A stretch of DNA of 56,134 nt from Alphaproteobacteria bacterium. GTDB taxonomy: Bacteria; Pseudomonadota; Alphaproteobacteria; Paracaedibacterales; CAITNM01. Below, in pieces: positions 17,313 through 29,213 of the stretch. The number at the start of each line of letters is the position of its first letter. Position 1 is the stretch's first letter. The notes below the pieces were generated by a model. That model did no database searches. It had not been told where the DNA came from and saw nothing but the letters and a program-made list of their open reading frames with translations. Both the position numbers and the translations under genes were made by a program. The stretch is from NCBI GenBank assembly GCA_037138055.1, contig JBAXJB010000006.1, positions 1 to 56,134 of the forward strand, written 5' to 3'.

Positions 17313-18308
17313 ATGTCTTTAACGGTAGCTGCGTTCCCAAATTTGCGTCTTCGACGTTTGCGCCAATCTGCTTCTGTGCGTGAATTGTTTCAAGAAAACC
17401 ATTTAAACCCAAGTGACCTTATATGGCCGATCTTTGTTTGTGAGCCTGGGGATGATATAGAAATTGAAACAATGCCTGGTGTGTGTCGGTATTTGGTTGA
17501 TGAGTTGCCCAAAGAAGTGGAAGAGGCGTATCAACTGGGTATTCGCGCGATACTGTTATTTCCAAAAACACCAAGTGCGTTAAAAACAGAACATGCGACT
17601 GAAGCGCTAAACCCGAAAAACCTAATATGTCGCGCTATTCGCAAAATTAAAGAATGTGCTCCCAAAATGGTGGTGCTGACCGATGTGGCATTAGATCCAT
17701 ACACAACTCACGGACACGATGGAATTTTAAAAAATGGCGATGTTGAAAACGATACAACTATTGATGTTTTAATTAAGCAGACATTAAACCAAGTTGATGC
17801 GGGCGCTGACGGTATTTGCCCGTCTGATATGATGGACGGCAGAATTCAAGCTATTCGTGGCGCATTGGAAGCTAAGGGGCACGTTAATGTGTTTTTGATA
17901 AGTTATGGCGTAAAGTATGCTTCAACTTTCTATGGACCATTTCGTAGTGCGGTTGGGGCGAATCTGCAGGGGGATAAAAAGACTTATCAGCTTAATCCTG
18001 CTAATGCCGTTGAAGCACTGCGCGACATTAAACAAGATATTGTCGAAGGTGCTGATGCTATAATTGTAAAACCTGGATTAGCTTACTTAGATATTGTTTC
18101 CCAAGCTAAAAGCTTTGGCGCACCCATTTGGGTTTATCAAGTTAGCGGTGAATATGCTATGATAAAATATGCGGCAAAAAATGGCGCTATTGTAGAAAAA
18201 GATGCCTTTTATGAAACCTGCCTTAGCTTTAAAAGGGCAGGGGCTTCGAAAATTATTACCTATGCAGCAAAAGAGATTAGTAGATGTCTAAAGAAAATTT
18301 CGGCCTAA
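17313..18308 (+). CDS. hemB: Porphobilinogen synthase
   Basis: RLRRLR, DVALDPYTTHGHDG, PSDMMDGR, FYGPFR, YQVSGEY. Confidence 0.97.
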   Translation: MSLTVAAFPNLRLRRLRQSASVRELFQENHLNPSDLIWPIFVCEPGDDIEIETMPGVCRYLVDELPKEVEEAYQLGIRAILLFPKTPSALKTEHATEALNPKNLICRAIRKIKECAPKMVVLTDVALDPYTTHGHDGILKNGDVENDTTIDVLIKQTLNQVDAGADGICPSDMMDGRIQAIRGALEAKGHVNVFLISYGVKYASTFYGPFRSAVGANLQGDKKTYQLNPANAVEALRDIKQDIVEGADAIIVKPGLAYLDIVSQAKSFGAPIWVYQVSGEYAMIKYAAKNGAIVEKDAFYETCLSFKRAGASKIITYAAKEISRCLKKISA

Positions 18309-19492
18309 CAAAGTTCCAGTACACGACGCTGTATCCTGCACTTCTAATGCTTACCGGCGTCCTGATGGTGGCTAGTATTGATATTTATTCACCAGCTGCA
18401 CCTTTTTTGAAGCGCTATTTTGAAACATCAGAGTGGATGATTCAATTTAGTATGATGCAAACGCCAATTGTGGCGGCTGTTGTTGGCATGCTGTATGGCC
18501 ATTGGAGTGATACTAAAGGGCGCAGACCTGCAATGTTGTCATCGCTTGGGATATTTTCAGTATGTTCCTTCCTATGCTGTCTTTCGTGGAATATTGAATC
18601 ATTTATTGTGTTACGATTTCTGCAAGCAATTGGTGCTGGTGGGATATCAGTGATTAGTATTTCCATTTTGTCTGATATGTTTAGCGGGTCAGTATACGCG
18701 CGTTATATGGCAACTTATAGCATGAGCTTTCCTATTATGTTTGCTGTTGCCCCTGTGTTTGGTGCTCATTTACTAAAATGGTTTGGGTGGCAGGCGAATT
18801 TTTGGGCGTTGGGTGTAATAGCTACTTGCTTATGGCTAATTTTTGTTAAAAAAATGCCAGAAACTCATAAAAACCATGTTGATACAATGGGCTGGAATCA
18901 TATTTTAAAAAACCTAAAAGTATTAACCAGCAACCGACACTTTATAGTTCTTTCTATTTGTCATGGCTTACCGGTTGCTATTGCAGCTGTTTACGGAATA
19001 AATAGTTCATTTATTTTTATTGATCATTTTAATTTTTTGCCAACTACGTATGCATATATACAGCTTGTTCCTGTAGTAATGAATTTAATTGGGTCAATAG
19101 TGTATCGTCAGCATGTTGTTAAATGGGGAATTGCCAAATCTATTCGTTATGGAATGTACCTAAATCTTGCTTTTTTATGCTTAATCACTCTTGGGACAAC
19201 ACTTAATATTCTGCAGTTGCCATTTTCTATAGTTGCAATTATGTGCATTTTAAATTTAAGCCTTTCAGCCACCCTTTCAAGCTGTGGAACAAAAGCAATT
19301 GAGTGCGCGCCGGATCAGCGTGGACTAGCAATTGCATTCCTTGGATTAATGCGAAACGGCGTGGTTGCAGGGTTAGTTTTAGTGGTTGGAGTATTTTTTG
19401 ATGGCACTATAATTCCTGTGTATATTGGCATGGCAATCTTAACAGCAATTTTAGTATTTTTAACTTGGCCACTTTCTAAAGAGGCTTCTTAA
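18284..19492 (+). CDS. MFS transporter, Bcr/CflA drug-efflux-like
   Basis: IDIYSPA, GHWSDTKGRRP motif A, RFLQAIG, about 12 hydrophobic segments. Confidence 0.88.
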   Translation: MSKENFGLTKFQYTTLYPALLMLTGVLMVASIDIYSPAAPFLKRYFETSEWMIQFSMMQTPIVAAVVGMLYGHWSDTKGRRPAMLSSLGIFSVCSFLCCLSWNIESFIVLRFLQAIGAGGISVISISILSDMFSGSVYARYMATYSMSFPIMFAVAPVFGAHLLKWFGWQANFWALGVIATCLWLIFVKKMPETHKNHVDTMGWNHILKNLKVLTSNRHFIVLSICHGLPVAIAAVYGINSSFIFIDHFNFLPTTYAYIQLVPVVMNLIGSIVYRQHVVKWGIAKSIRYGMYLNLAFLCLITLGTTLNILQLPFSIVAIMCILNLSLSATLSSCGTKAIECAPDQRGLAIAFLGLMRNGVVAGLVLVVGVFFDGTIIPVYIGMAILTAILVFLTWPLSKEAS

Positions 19493-19520
19493 CAATTTTT
19501 TAATCAAAATTTTCTAGTCT
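19489..19520 (+). promoter_or_regulatory. CtrA-type box plus -10-like hexamer upstream of HtrA
   Basis: TTAA-CAATTTT-TTAA-N11-TAGTCT. Confidence 0.45.
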
Positions 19521-19545
19521 AATAAAAAAGAATATGGAGGTGTTG

Positions 19546-20862
19546 ATGATCAGATTGGTGTTGTGTGGCGCGTTAGCTGTATTTGCGTGCTTATTTGCAA
19601 GTCATGAAAAAAAAGATCCCATTCCCTTATTTGATTCGGTTCTTTTAGCCAAAGCAACAACAGCTGCTGTTGTGGATGTTTATGCATATAGAGAAAGGGA
19701 TGGTGAAATTTTCCAGCCCTTTGAATTAGGCGATATTGAATCGATGCTATTTGGGGCTAAGCGTCATGGAAACTCAAGTGGAACTGGCTGCATTATTAGT
19801 TCTGATGGGTATATCGTGACGTGTAATCATGTTGTGCAAGATGCAACACGGATCTTTGTCGGTCTTAATGATGGTAGAAAAATGCAAGCTACAAAGGTTT
19901 TTAGCAATGCTGCTGCGGATATTGCATTTTTAAAAATTGATACAAAAAATTTATCATGTCTGAAGCTTGCAAATTCAAAGACACAAATAGATTTAGGCGA
20001 GCCAGTGCTTGTTGCTGGTAATGCTTTTGGTATGGGTAAAACCAGTATTTTTAGAGGGTTAGTTTCATTTATTAACAGAGTAGTTGATGGAAAAGTTGTG
20101 CTGCAAAGTGATGCGCACATCGGTGTTGGAAATTCAGGAGGGCCGATGGTTAATTCCATGGGAGAAATGATTGGTATGGCTTTTGCTATTCCACGCATGG
20201 GAGGGCTTTCTTTCTTTATTCCAGCCAGCATGATTGGATACTATTTCAACAAGGAAATTTTAAAAAAACCTTGCGCCTGGTGGGGTGTTAACACACAGAT
20301 GATTACACCGAATATGCTAGAAAGCTGTGGACTAGAAGACAAAAATCTTTTTGGCGTGATTGTGAATGAAATTGATAGCAGCTCTCCAGCAAAAAGTGTT
20401 TTAAAACATGGAGATGTGATTGTAGAGGCTAGCGGCCAAAAACTAAGTACCCCGGAAGAGCTAGATTTTTTTGAAAAAACTTCAAGTTTAGAGGAAGAGG
20501 TTACTTTAAAAATATGGAGAGAAAATAGTTTAAAAAATGTGAGTTTTACCCCTGTTAAAGAGCCAAAATCTTCCACTCAAGAAGTAGACAATAAGCTTTT
20601 GGGAAATGTGCAATTTGAACAAACTCCAAACGGCGTGATAGTCAAGCAGGCTGGCAATAGTGGATTATTTCAAGAAGGTGATAAAGTTATTGCACTAAAT
20701 AAGAAAAAAATTAAAAAACTTCGTGAAATTGAAAAAGCCTTAAAGTCCACGGAAGATGCATTAAGTGTGACTGTTGATAGAAAAGGAATAAAAATTTCTC
20801 AATCATTTTCCAATAGAGACGGTGGAAGTTTTTTTAGTCAAAGCATAATTAGTGGCGGGTGA
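19546..20862 (+). CDS. HtrA/DegP-family serine protease with PDZ domains
   Basis: GGAGG RBS before 19546; signal peptide; TCNHV / DIA / GNSGG catalytic triad; C-terminal PDZ-like segments. Confidence 0.92.
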   Translation: MIRLVLCGALAVFACLFASHEKKDPIPLFDSVLLAKATTAAVVDVYAYRERDGEIFQPFELGDIESMLFGAKRHGNSSGTGCIISSDGYIVTCNHVVQDATRIFVGLNDGRKMQATKVFSNAAADIAFLKIDTKNLSCLKLANSKTQIDLGEPVLVAGNAFGMGKTSIFRGLVSFINRVVDGKVVLQSDAHIGVGNSGGPMVNSMGEMIGMAFAIPRMGGLSFFIPASMIGYYFNKEILKKPCAWWGVNTQMITPNMLESCGLEDKNLFGVIVNEIDSSSPAKSVLKHGDVIVEASGQKLSTPEELDFFEKTSSLEEEVTLKIWRENSLKNVSFTPVKEPKSSTQEVDNKLLGNVQFEQTPNGVIVKQAGNSGLFQEGDKVIALNKKKIKKLREIEKALKSTEDALSVTVDRKGIKISQSFSNRDGGSFFSQSIISGG

Positions 20863-20959
20863 TAACCGCTTAACCTTAGCAATAATTTCCGTATCAATGC
20901 ATTGCGCTAAGGACCTGGATTGTCTATGCTACAAGGCAATGAATTAAACGAGAAAATCA

Positions 20960-21769
20960 ATGTTAATGAAGGGCAAAAAAGGCTTGATAATGGGCCTTGC
21001 AAACAGTAGTTCTTTGGCATGGGGCATTTCTAAAATGCTACATGAACAAGGTGCTGAACTTGCATTTAGCTACCAAGGTGAAGCTTTAGAAAAACGCGTG
21101 CGTCCGTTGGCTGAAAGCCTAAGCTCAACGTTTTTAGTGGAATGTGATGTTGGTAAAGACGATAGCATTGAAAATACTTTCAAAAAAATTGAACAAGAAT
21201 GGGGAACTTTAGACTTCGTTGTGCATGCAATTGGATTTTCTGACAAAAATGAACTACAAGGTCGCTACTGCGATACGTCACTTGCTAACTTCTTAAACAC
21301 TATGCATATTTCTTGTTTTTCTTTCACAAAAATTTGCCGTGAAGCAGAACGCTTAATGCCAAATGGTGGATCCTTGATTACCCTTACTTATTATGGTGCC
21401 GAAAAAGTTATGCCAAACTATAATGTTATGGGTATTGCTAAAGCCGCTTTAGAATCAAGTGTTCAGTATTTAGCAATGGATTTAGGGCCTAAGAACATTC
21501 GCGTAAATGGTTTGTCTGCTGGCCCTGTGAAAACATTGGCAGCAAGTGGTATTGGTGATTTCCGTTATATTTTGAAATGGAATCAATACAATTCTCCATT
21601 GCGTCGTAACACGACATTAGATGATGTTGGTGGTACTGGTTTATATTTGCTAAGCGATTTGAGCTCTGGTGTTACTGGTGAAATTATTCACGTGGATTCT
21701 GGCTACCATGTGGTTGGTATGAAAGCCGTAGATGCGCCAGACATTAGCGTTGTTAAAGATTTAGACTAG
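20960..21769 (+). CDS. fabI: Enoyl-ACP reductase
   Basis: [36 protein letters not shown]. Confidence 0.97.
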   Translation: MLMKGKKGLIMGLANSSSLAWGISKMLHEQGAELAFSYQGEALEKRVRPLAESLSSTFLVECDVGKDDSIENTFKKIEQEWGTLDFVVHAIGFSDKNELQGRYCDTSLANFLNTMHISCFSFTKICREAERLMPNGGSLITLTYYGAEKVMPNYNVMGIAKAALESSVQYLAMDLGPKNIRVNGLSAGPVKTLAASGIGDFRYILKWNQYNSPLRRNTTLDDVGGTGLYLLSDLSSGVTGEIIHVDSGYHVVGMKAVDAPDISVVKDLD

Positions 21770-21777
21770 GAGCTGTA

Positions 21778-22326
21778 ATGATACTTTCCGATAAATGGAT
21801 TCGCGAGCAAGCAAAAAAAGGAATGATTGATCCTTTTGTTGAAAGCCAAAAGCGTGATGGAATAATTTCTTATGGGTTATCGTCATATGGCTATGATGCA
21901 AGGTGCTCACCAGAGTTTAAGATTTTTACTAACGTGAACAATGCGATTGTTGACCCTAAAAATTTCTCTCCCTCAAGCTTTGTGGATAGGGAAACAGATG
22001 TGTGCATTATTCCACCAAACAGTTTTGTGCTAGCAAGAACTGTTGAATATTTTCGTATTCCGCGTGATGTGTTAGTAATTTGCCTTGGAAAATCAACCTA
22101 TGCGCGTTGTGGCATTATTGTGAACGTAACGCCGATTGAACCTGAATGGGAAGGCCATGTGACCTTAGAGTTTTCAAATACAACACCACTTCCAGCCAAG
22201 ATTTATGCAAACGAAGGGGTTTGTCAGTTTTTGTTCTTTAAGGGCGACCAACCGTGTGAGGTTTCTTACCGAGACCGTGCAGGTAAGTACATGAATCAAA
22301 CTGGTGTTACATTGCCAAAGATATAG
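21778..22326 (+). CDS. dcd: dCTP deaminase
   Basis: [29 protein letters not shown]. Confidence 0.97.
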   Translation: MILSDKWIREQAKKGMIDPFVESQKRDGIISYGLSSYGYDARCSPEFKIFTNVNNAIVDPKNFSPSSFVDRETDVCIIPPNSFVLARTVEYFRIPRDVLVICLGKSTYARCGIIVNVTPIEPEWEGHVTLEFSNTTPLPAKIYANEGVCQFLFFKGDQPCEVSYRDRAGKYMNQTGVTLPKI

Positions 22327-22334
22327 TTATCGTT

Positions 22335-22359
22335 ACATTGCTTACTTTGTAAGCAATGT
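22335..22359. terminator. Hairpin between convergent dcd and the ankyrin-like gene
   Basis: ACATTGCTTAC-TTT-GTAAGCAATGT 11-bp stem. Confidence 0.65.
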
Positions 22360-22367
22360 TCGTCTTT

Positions 22368-23045
22368 TCATATATACATTTGAGCGATCAACATACGCCG
22401 AGCAGTAGCTGTTGCACGAGCTGCTGCAAGAAGCTCTGGAGTTAAGGGCCCACCGAGGTCTGGATTGGTGGATGAACGTTCCATTATTAAGTTTAGAATT
22501 GTCCTTTTTACAGTTTCAGTCATTTGTTCATTTTCTCTGGCGTCTTCAACATCATTATATGTATTTAACAATAACTCCCGATTAGGCAATGGAACACCTG
22601 CACGCGTTGTCAATGCAAGGTCCACAATAGCCGGATGCCCTTTCATTGCTGCTTGTTTATATATAGTTTCAGTTATACAATTAGGAAGTGAAATGCCTGT
22701 ATTTAGCAGTAATTTCACAACAGATATATGACCATTATTTACTGCACTGCGTAGTGTCGTACAAATGATGTTACTATTAGTTCCTGGTAGCAACAATTGC
22801 TGCTGCACAGCTGCTGTATCATCGTCATAAGCAAATGCTTTAATTGCACGTATACGTGTATCGTCAAACTCTTGAATTGCATGGACACGTGCTTTTTCTT
22901 GATTACTTATTTGCCTGGGTTTTATCGAGTCTAGTAATGCATCGAATGCTTCTTCTTGATTATTTACGTGCATTGCCTGGATTCTGTCGAATGTGGCTAT
23001 TGAAGCCATGATACTCATCATTAGTAGTGTATGTATTTTAATCAT
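22368..23045 (-). CDS. Secreted protein with degenerate ankyrin repeats
   Basis: GGAG RBS; signal peptide ending IQA-MH; AVNNGHISVVKLLL and AAMKGHPAIVDLAL. Confidence 0.75.
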   Translation of the reverse strand: MIKIHTLLMMSIMASIATFDRIQAMHVNNQEEAFDALLDSIKPRQISNQEKARVHAIQEFDDTRIRAIKAFAYDDDTAAVQQQLLLPGTNSNIICTTLRSAVNNGHISVVKLLLNTGISLPNCITETIYKQAAMKGHPAIVDLALTTRAGVPLPNRELLLNTYNDVEDARENEQMTETVKRTILNLIMERSSTNPDLGGPLTPELLAAARATATARRMLIAQMYI

Positions 23046-23254
23046 GTGGTATCTCCTTCAATTAAAGGATGGTGCATTTTGTACTAAAAATGTGTTAATG
23101 AGCTATCCTAATTCTATTAGATTTTTGCTCATAAGCCTTTTTTTGGGGCCTTTATCCTTTTCGTGTAGATATAATTTTCATGAGGTTGATTATTTAGGTG
23201 CTTTTTGTGGTATAAATATTGAAACTCATTACCGTCAGCGAAAAAAAGTACCTT

Positions 23255-24520
23255 ATGCCAACGATTCTAAAAATTCAAGGGGGAGCGCCCCTAAAGGGCA
23301 CAATCGAAATTAGCGGAGCAAAAAACTCTGCTTTGCCTTTAATGGTAGCATGCCTACTAACCGACAAACCTTTGACATTAACGAACGTGCCAAATTTGGC
23401 AGATATTCGAACCATCACCCAGGTTTTAGAAGTGCTTGGCGTGACTGCAGAAGTGAATGGCAGCACGAGAACGCTTAACGCTGCGAATATAACCTCAACA
23501 ACAGCTCCTTATGATCTGGTGAAAACCATGCGTGCATCTGTGTTGGTATTGGGGCCTTTGGTGGCACGTTATGGTTTGGCAAAAGTATCGTTACCTGGTG
23601 GGTGCGCTTTGGGGGCGCGTGCTGTTGATGTGCATCTAGAAGGTTTGCGCGCAATGGGTGCAGTTTGTGAATTAGAAGAAGGCTATATTGTGGCCAAAGC
23701 TCCAAATGGTTTGCATGGAGCTAGCTTTACTATGCGTGTTGTATCTGTTGGAGCAACTGAAAACCTTATGCTTGCAGCTTCCATTGCAAAAGGCCAAACG
23801 GTTTTACGTAATGCGGCCCGCGAACCTGAAATTATTGATTTGGCTAATTGCTTAAATGCTATGGGTGCAAATGTGCAAGGGGCAGGGACGGACACTATTG
23901 CCATAGAAGGTGTGCCATCTCTTCATGGTGCTACGCACAAAGTAATGCCAGATCGGCTTGAAACTGGTTCGTATGCGATTGCATCCTTAATTACGGGTGG
24001 CGATATTACCTTAACAAATACGTCACTAGAATATTTACCAATGGTGCGTGAAACTTTGGAAAAAGCCGGTGCGGTTTTTGAAGAACAAGCCGATGGTTTT
24101 CGTGTTTACCAAAATGGCCCAATTAATGGTGTTGACGTGATGACAGAGCCTTACCCTGGTTTCGCAACTGATTTGCAGGCTCCATTCATGGCTTTGATGG
24201 GCATTTGCGAAGGGGCAAGTATGATTACGGAAACCATTTTTGAAAACCGCTTCATGCATGTACCAGAACTTGCGCGAATGGGTATGAACATTCAAGTGCA
24301 TGGTGCATCAGCCATGGTTCGTGGTGTTAAGCATTTAAGTGGCGCACCGGTTATGGCAACTGATATTCGCGGAGGTGTTGGGCTAGTGGTGGCGGCTCTT
24401 GCGGCTAAAGGTGAAACAACCATTAGCAGGTTGTATCACCTTGACCGGGGTTATGAAAACTTAGAAGTCAAACTGCAAGCTTGCGGCGCTACAGTTGAGC
24501 GTTTGAAATTTGAAAGTTGA
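23255..24520 (+). CDS. murA: UDP-N-acetylglucosamine 1-carboxyvinyltransferase
   Basis: [44 protein letters not shown]; ATG at 23255. Confidence 0.97.
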   Translation: MPTILKIQGGAPLKGTIEISGAKNSALPLMVACLLTDKPLTLTNVPNLADIRTITQVLEVLGVTAEVNGSTRTLNAANITSTTAPYDLVKTMRASVLVLGPLVARYGLAKVSLPGGCALGARAVDVHLEGLRAMGAVCELEEGYIVAKAPNGLHGASFTMRVVSVGATENLMLAASIAKGQTVLRNAAREPEIIDLANCLNAMGANVQGAGTDTIAIEGVPSLHGATHKVMPDRLETGSYAIASLITGGDITLTNTSLEYLPMVRETLEKAGAVFEEQADGFRVYQNGPINGVDVMTEPYPGFATDLQAPFMALMGICEGASMITETIFENRFMHVPELARMGMNIQVHGASAMVRGVKHLSGAPVMATDIRGGVGLVVAALAAKGETTISRLYHLDRGYENLEVKLQACGATVERLKFES

Positions 24521-24539
24521 TGCGTAACTTCTGTAAAAA

Positions 24540-25211
24540 TTAATGGCTAGCTTGACGCATTCCTAATTCTTGCGGTGTTATAATTCTTCCATACATTTCT
24601 TTTAATGGCATCGACTCTGTACTATTCGGTATTTTCCTTTCTACCTTCAAAACTTCAACCTCTTTTCCATCTTCATCTTGTTCCTCTATGTAATAGATTA
24701 GTGTGTCATTATCCCCGAATTTCAGTACACTATCTAATGATATTTTTCCAAGAAGTTTCACATTTGGTACTTGATCTGTTAACCCTTTTGGGAACACAAC
24801 AGAATATACTTTTTCTTCGAAAACAGCATATTGTGGAAATACAGAATAAATGGAACTATTTTGTGATAGTTCTGTAAATTGTTTTTCGTTTAGAGAATTT
24901 TTATATTTAGGTGCAACATGCAGAGTTGGGAATTCAGCATCGCGTTCGTGGCTGCCTAATTCCCGTCCTCGATGAGAAGAAACTTGTTTTGCATGCTCCC
25001 CTGACGCTGCTTGTTCTTGATTTTTATCTTGAGAATCTGAATGAGCATATCTCATTGAGTCATAGGCACCTTCACCTAATCCCCGTCCTCGATGAGAAGA
25101 AACTTGTTTTGCATGCTCCCCTGACGCTGCTCGTTCTGCTTCTGAACTAAAATATTGATTTGAGCAAAATAATAGAGCTGCGAGACTTATGATTTTTGAT
25201 TTTTTTAACAT
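24540..25211 (-). CDS. Secreted orphan protein with an internal tandem repeat
   Basis: MLKKSKIISLAALLFCS signal-like N-terminus; AASGEHAKQVSSHRGR occurs twice; start could be 25238. Confidence 0.7.
   Translation of the reverse strand: MLKKSKIISLAALLFCSNQYFSSEAERAASGEHAKQVSSHRGRGLGEGAYDSMRYAHSDSQDKNQEQAASGEHAKQVSSHRGRELGSHERDAEFPTLHVAPKYKNSLNEKQFTELSQNSSIYSVFPQYAVFEEKVYSVVFPKGLTDQVPNVKLLGKISLDSVLKFGDNDTLIYYIEEQDEDGKEVEVLKVERKIPNSTESMPLKEMYGRIITPQELGMRQASH
24955..25137. repeat. 63-bp direct repeat, two copies 120 bp apart
   Basis: 24955-25017 vs 25075-25137, 2 mismatches. Confidence 0.95.
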
Positions 25212-25261
25212 GATTAAGCTTCCTAACTGCTGTTTCATAACTTAGAAATACCATAAATATA

Positions 25262-25276
25262 TTAAGAATTCATTAA
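25262..25276. promoter_or_regulatory. CtrA-type box upstream of 24540..25211
   Basis: TTAA-GAATTCA-TTAA. Confidence 0.35.
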
Positions 25277-25387
25277 TAAATTTCCTGGTGTGCTGTTTTA
25301 AAGATAGTTGGTATGAAAACCTAGAAGCGAAACTACAGGCCTGAGGCTACTGAGTTGAGCGCCTGAAAGTTGATGGGTAGGCCTAAA

Positions 25388-25687
25388 CTACTTATCGCTC
25401 CCTTGAACAACCACTTCGTTAGGATGAGCAAAGTTTAGCGCTTGCCTAGCTTTCTCTTCTAATAAGTCTACATCTAAGCTATCAGGTCGTAGCAAATACG
25501 CTTCGCGTTCAAGCTGTTCTTTTTCCTGAGTTAAAGCATTTAAAGTGGTTTCTTCTTCTTTAAGTTTTTTGTCTAATCGAATCCATGCAAGAACTCCACG
25601 TTGGCCTTGAAAAATGTGATATGTAAAATAGACCATCATGGCGACAATCACCACTGGGAAAACAATATGCCGAAGTCTGCCATTCAT
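25388..25687 (-). CDS. ftsB: Septum formation initiator (FtsB/DivIC family)
   Basis: TM helix, YHIFQGQRG, coiled coil, LRPDSLDVDLLEEKAR; directly downstream of eno. Confidence 0.88.
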   Translation of the reverse strand: MNGRLRHIVFPVVIVAMMVYFTYHIFQGQRGVLAWIRLDKKLKEEETTLNALTQEKEQLEREAYLLRPDSLDVDLLEEKARQALNFAHPNEVVVQGSDK

Positions 25688-25703
25688 AATTAAACCTTAT
25701 AAT

Positions 25704-26972
<1,269 letters not shown>

Positions 26973-27025
26973 TTAAAAATTTTGTTTAGTATGCCGGTTT
27001 TGAGCGATGCAAACAATCACAGAAA

Positions 27026-29212
27026 TTAATTGCGGTAATAATGGTATTTTGTTTTTTGTTCCCATAGACTGCCTTTGTAGTTATTTTTTAAAACCACAAA
27101 CACTTGTTTGGATTCTTTAGGTGCAACGTCAAATTTTGACATTAATACGCACCAATGGAGAAACTCTGGGATAAAAGGATCTTTTGGATGAGTTTTTTGC
27201 CAATCCAAAGCAACACGACAAAGGTGTTCCGTACGATTTGAAACGGCTTTTTTTAATGCAAGCCATTCTTCTTGTGCACTTTTTCTGATGTCACTACCGA
27301 GATATTGTAAATTATCCATATTTTCATCTTCTAATAATCGATTGTCCCACCAATTATCATTTAACCCATCAAGATCAAGTTTTTTCGATGCATCTATTGA
27401 TTCAGGTCGATAGGATTTTGGATAAATAAATAAGCAGAAACCGGGGTGGCTTGCTATCAAGCAAGCCCCAAGAGCATGCGATCGAGCATCATCAGTTTCT
27501 GAAATAAATTCATCAAAAATTGAGTGATGCTGCTCGTTGAGTGTCGTTAATTTAGTTGCTGCTTCTTTTGCTAAGGGTATTTTCTTTAGCAGAACGGCTT
27601 TTAAAAAAGCAGAAATTAATATTCGTTCTTTTAACCAATTTGGCAGATTTGCATTTTCTGAGCCCTTAATAAGGTCGTTGGTTGCGAAATATTTGAGTGT
27701 CTGCACGTGTTCCCAATCAAAATCTTTCTCAAGGTCTTGCCCAAATGTTTCAGTATGATAAAAAGGTATACGCTGATATCTGATCATTTCGCTATAAACG
27801 AACAAATCAACGGGTGTTTGCACAATTGCTTCAAAAAAGTCTGAAACTGATTCTGCTATTGATGCTTTAAGGTCCATAAACTTATTTTTAGTAGCTAAAT
27901 TAAGGTCTTTTTGGTTTAAAGCTTGATCAATGTTTTTTAAAGCATCTTCTTTTTGACCACATTTAATTTGAAGTACTGATGCATAATACATAACGCTTTC
28001 GAATGCCAAGTCATCAACCGAAATTTTTTGTGCTTCCGAAATAAGCTGGTCTAATATTGATTTGTTGGTATTTTGATTGGCAGCGCTTAAACCGACAATT
28101 AACCATAAAACGTTTTTTGTTTCTGTCCATTTTGCAAATGCATCTGTTGACGACATTCTAAACATCGTTACCCATTTGGTGAATTCATGTTCGATTCCAT
28201 CAAAGTTTGCTGCTAAGAATACAAAATATAAATCGTTCATGGTTTGAGCAGTTAGCTCATCCACATTATTTAAAAACTTGTCTATTAGCTGTGTCAGCAA
28301 AAGCTTTCGGTCTGTTTTGTATAGAACTTGTGTTTGTAAATCTGAAATTGCTTTTTGGTATGGTGATTTTTTAATTGCACCAGCTTCTTTTTTCAATTTA
28401 TCAAAAAAAGGTGCGGCATCTTTATCATGTACCAAAATGTTGCAACACATGCTTCTAAAGCTTAGGTAATAAGCAATATGCTTGTGCTCAGATTGTTCAT
28501 TTTTAGCAATTACTTCAAATAATTCGGCTGCTTTTTCAAATTTACCTGCATAAAAATGGCTGCTAGCCACTTGATAATCTAATTCTTTTTCAAGTCCACT
28601 TTCCTGGTATTTTTCTGGAAGAATCAAAGTGTTATGTGTGCAATTTTCAAAAACTTTTCGTTGGTTTGAAACCCACTGCTTAACAACTGAATGGTCGCTT
28701 CCAAATTTTTTCTCAAGCTTTTCGAATCGTTCTACGGCATACCGGTACGCATCATTTGACAAAGGTTCAATAAAAACTGTTTTTTGTTTTCCATCAGCTT
28801 TAGTGGTTATCCATTTTCCACCATGAACTACTTTTTCACCTGTTATTTTTTTCCATTTTTTCAAATAAGCAAGATCATCATCTTTTGTTTGCGGTGTGCC
28901 ATCAATAAAATTATTGAGTATTTTCTGGGTGGCATCAGAAAATTTGTGTCCTTGAAGTTGATAATACGCAAACAGCAAATGGGTGGTGTACATATTGGGG
29001 GTAATAATTCCAAGTTTACCATTTATAAAGTCCGCCCCCTTAATGTAAGGCGATCTATTTACTGGAGGGTATAGATCACTAGTCGCTCCATCTTTTTGAG
29101 GTTTATCTCGGCCATAAAAAATAGGAACATTTTCTCGGTTAATACCGCACGCGTAAGCAGCTACAAGAATGCCAAAGCACCCAATAAGAAAATTCCTAAG
29201 TCCTTTTTTCAT
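27026..29212 (-). CDS. Large exported alpha-helical (TPR-like) protein
   Basis: Signal peptide ending AYA-CG; YQVASSHFYAGKFEKAAELF TPR-like segment; coupled to the upstream DUF3142-like gene. Confidence 0.75.
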   Translation of the reverse strand: MKKGLRNFLIGCFGILVAAYACGINRENVPIFYGRDKPQKDGATSDLYPPVNRSPYIKGADFINGKLGIITPNMYTTHLLFAYYQLQGHKFSDATQKILNNFIDGTPQTKDDDLAYLKKWKKITGEKVVHGGKWITTKADGKQKTVFIEPLSNDAYRYAVERFEKLEKKFGSDHSVVKQWVSNQRKVFENCTHNTLILPEKYQESGLEKELDYQVASSHFYAGKFEKAAELFEVIAKNEQSEHKHIAYYLSFRSMCCNILVHDKDAAPFFDKLKKEAGAIKKSPYQKAISDLQTQVLYKTDRKLLLTQLIDKFLNNVDELTAQTMNDLYFVFLAANFDGIEHEFTKWVTMFRMSSTDAFAKWTETKNVLWLIVGLSAANQNTNKSILDQLISEAQKISVDDLAFESVMYYASVLQIKCGQKEDALKNIDQALNQKDLNLATKNKFMDLKASIAESVSDFFEAIVQTPVDLFVYSEMIRYQRIPFYHTETFGQDLEKDFDWEHVQTLKYFATNDLIKGSENANLPNWLKERILISAFLKAVLLKKIPLAKEAATKLTTLNEQHHSIFDEFISETDDARSHALGACLIASHPGFCLFIYPKSYRPESIDASKKLDLDGLNDNWWDNRLLEDENMDNLQYLGSDIRKSAQEEWLALKKAVSNRTEHLCRVALDWQKTHPKDPFIPEFLHWCVLMSKFDVAPKESKQVFVVLKNNYKGSLWEQKTKYHYYRN

Positions 29213-29213
29213 T

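Noticed and set aside
23219-23254. TTG-start extension of murA, and similar extensions at 5495, 9412, 31392, 40627 and 55074
   Set aside because: Downstream ATGs fit the RBS position, signal peptides or family N-termini better
24955-25137. DGR template/variable repeat pair or CRISPR repeat
   Set aside because: Only two copies, both in frame within one ORF, and no reverse transcriptase in the window; two mismatches are too few to infer adenine-specific mutagenesis
25300-25387. Possible tRNA or sRNA downstream of ftsB
   Set aside because: Relatively GC-rich with AGGCCT at both ends, but no cloverleaf, T-loop (GTTC) or CCA
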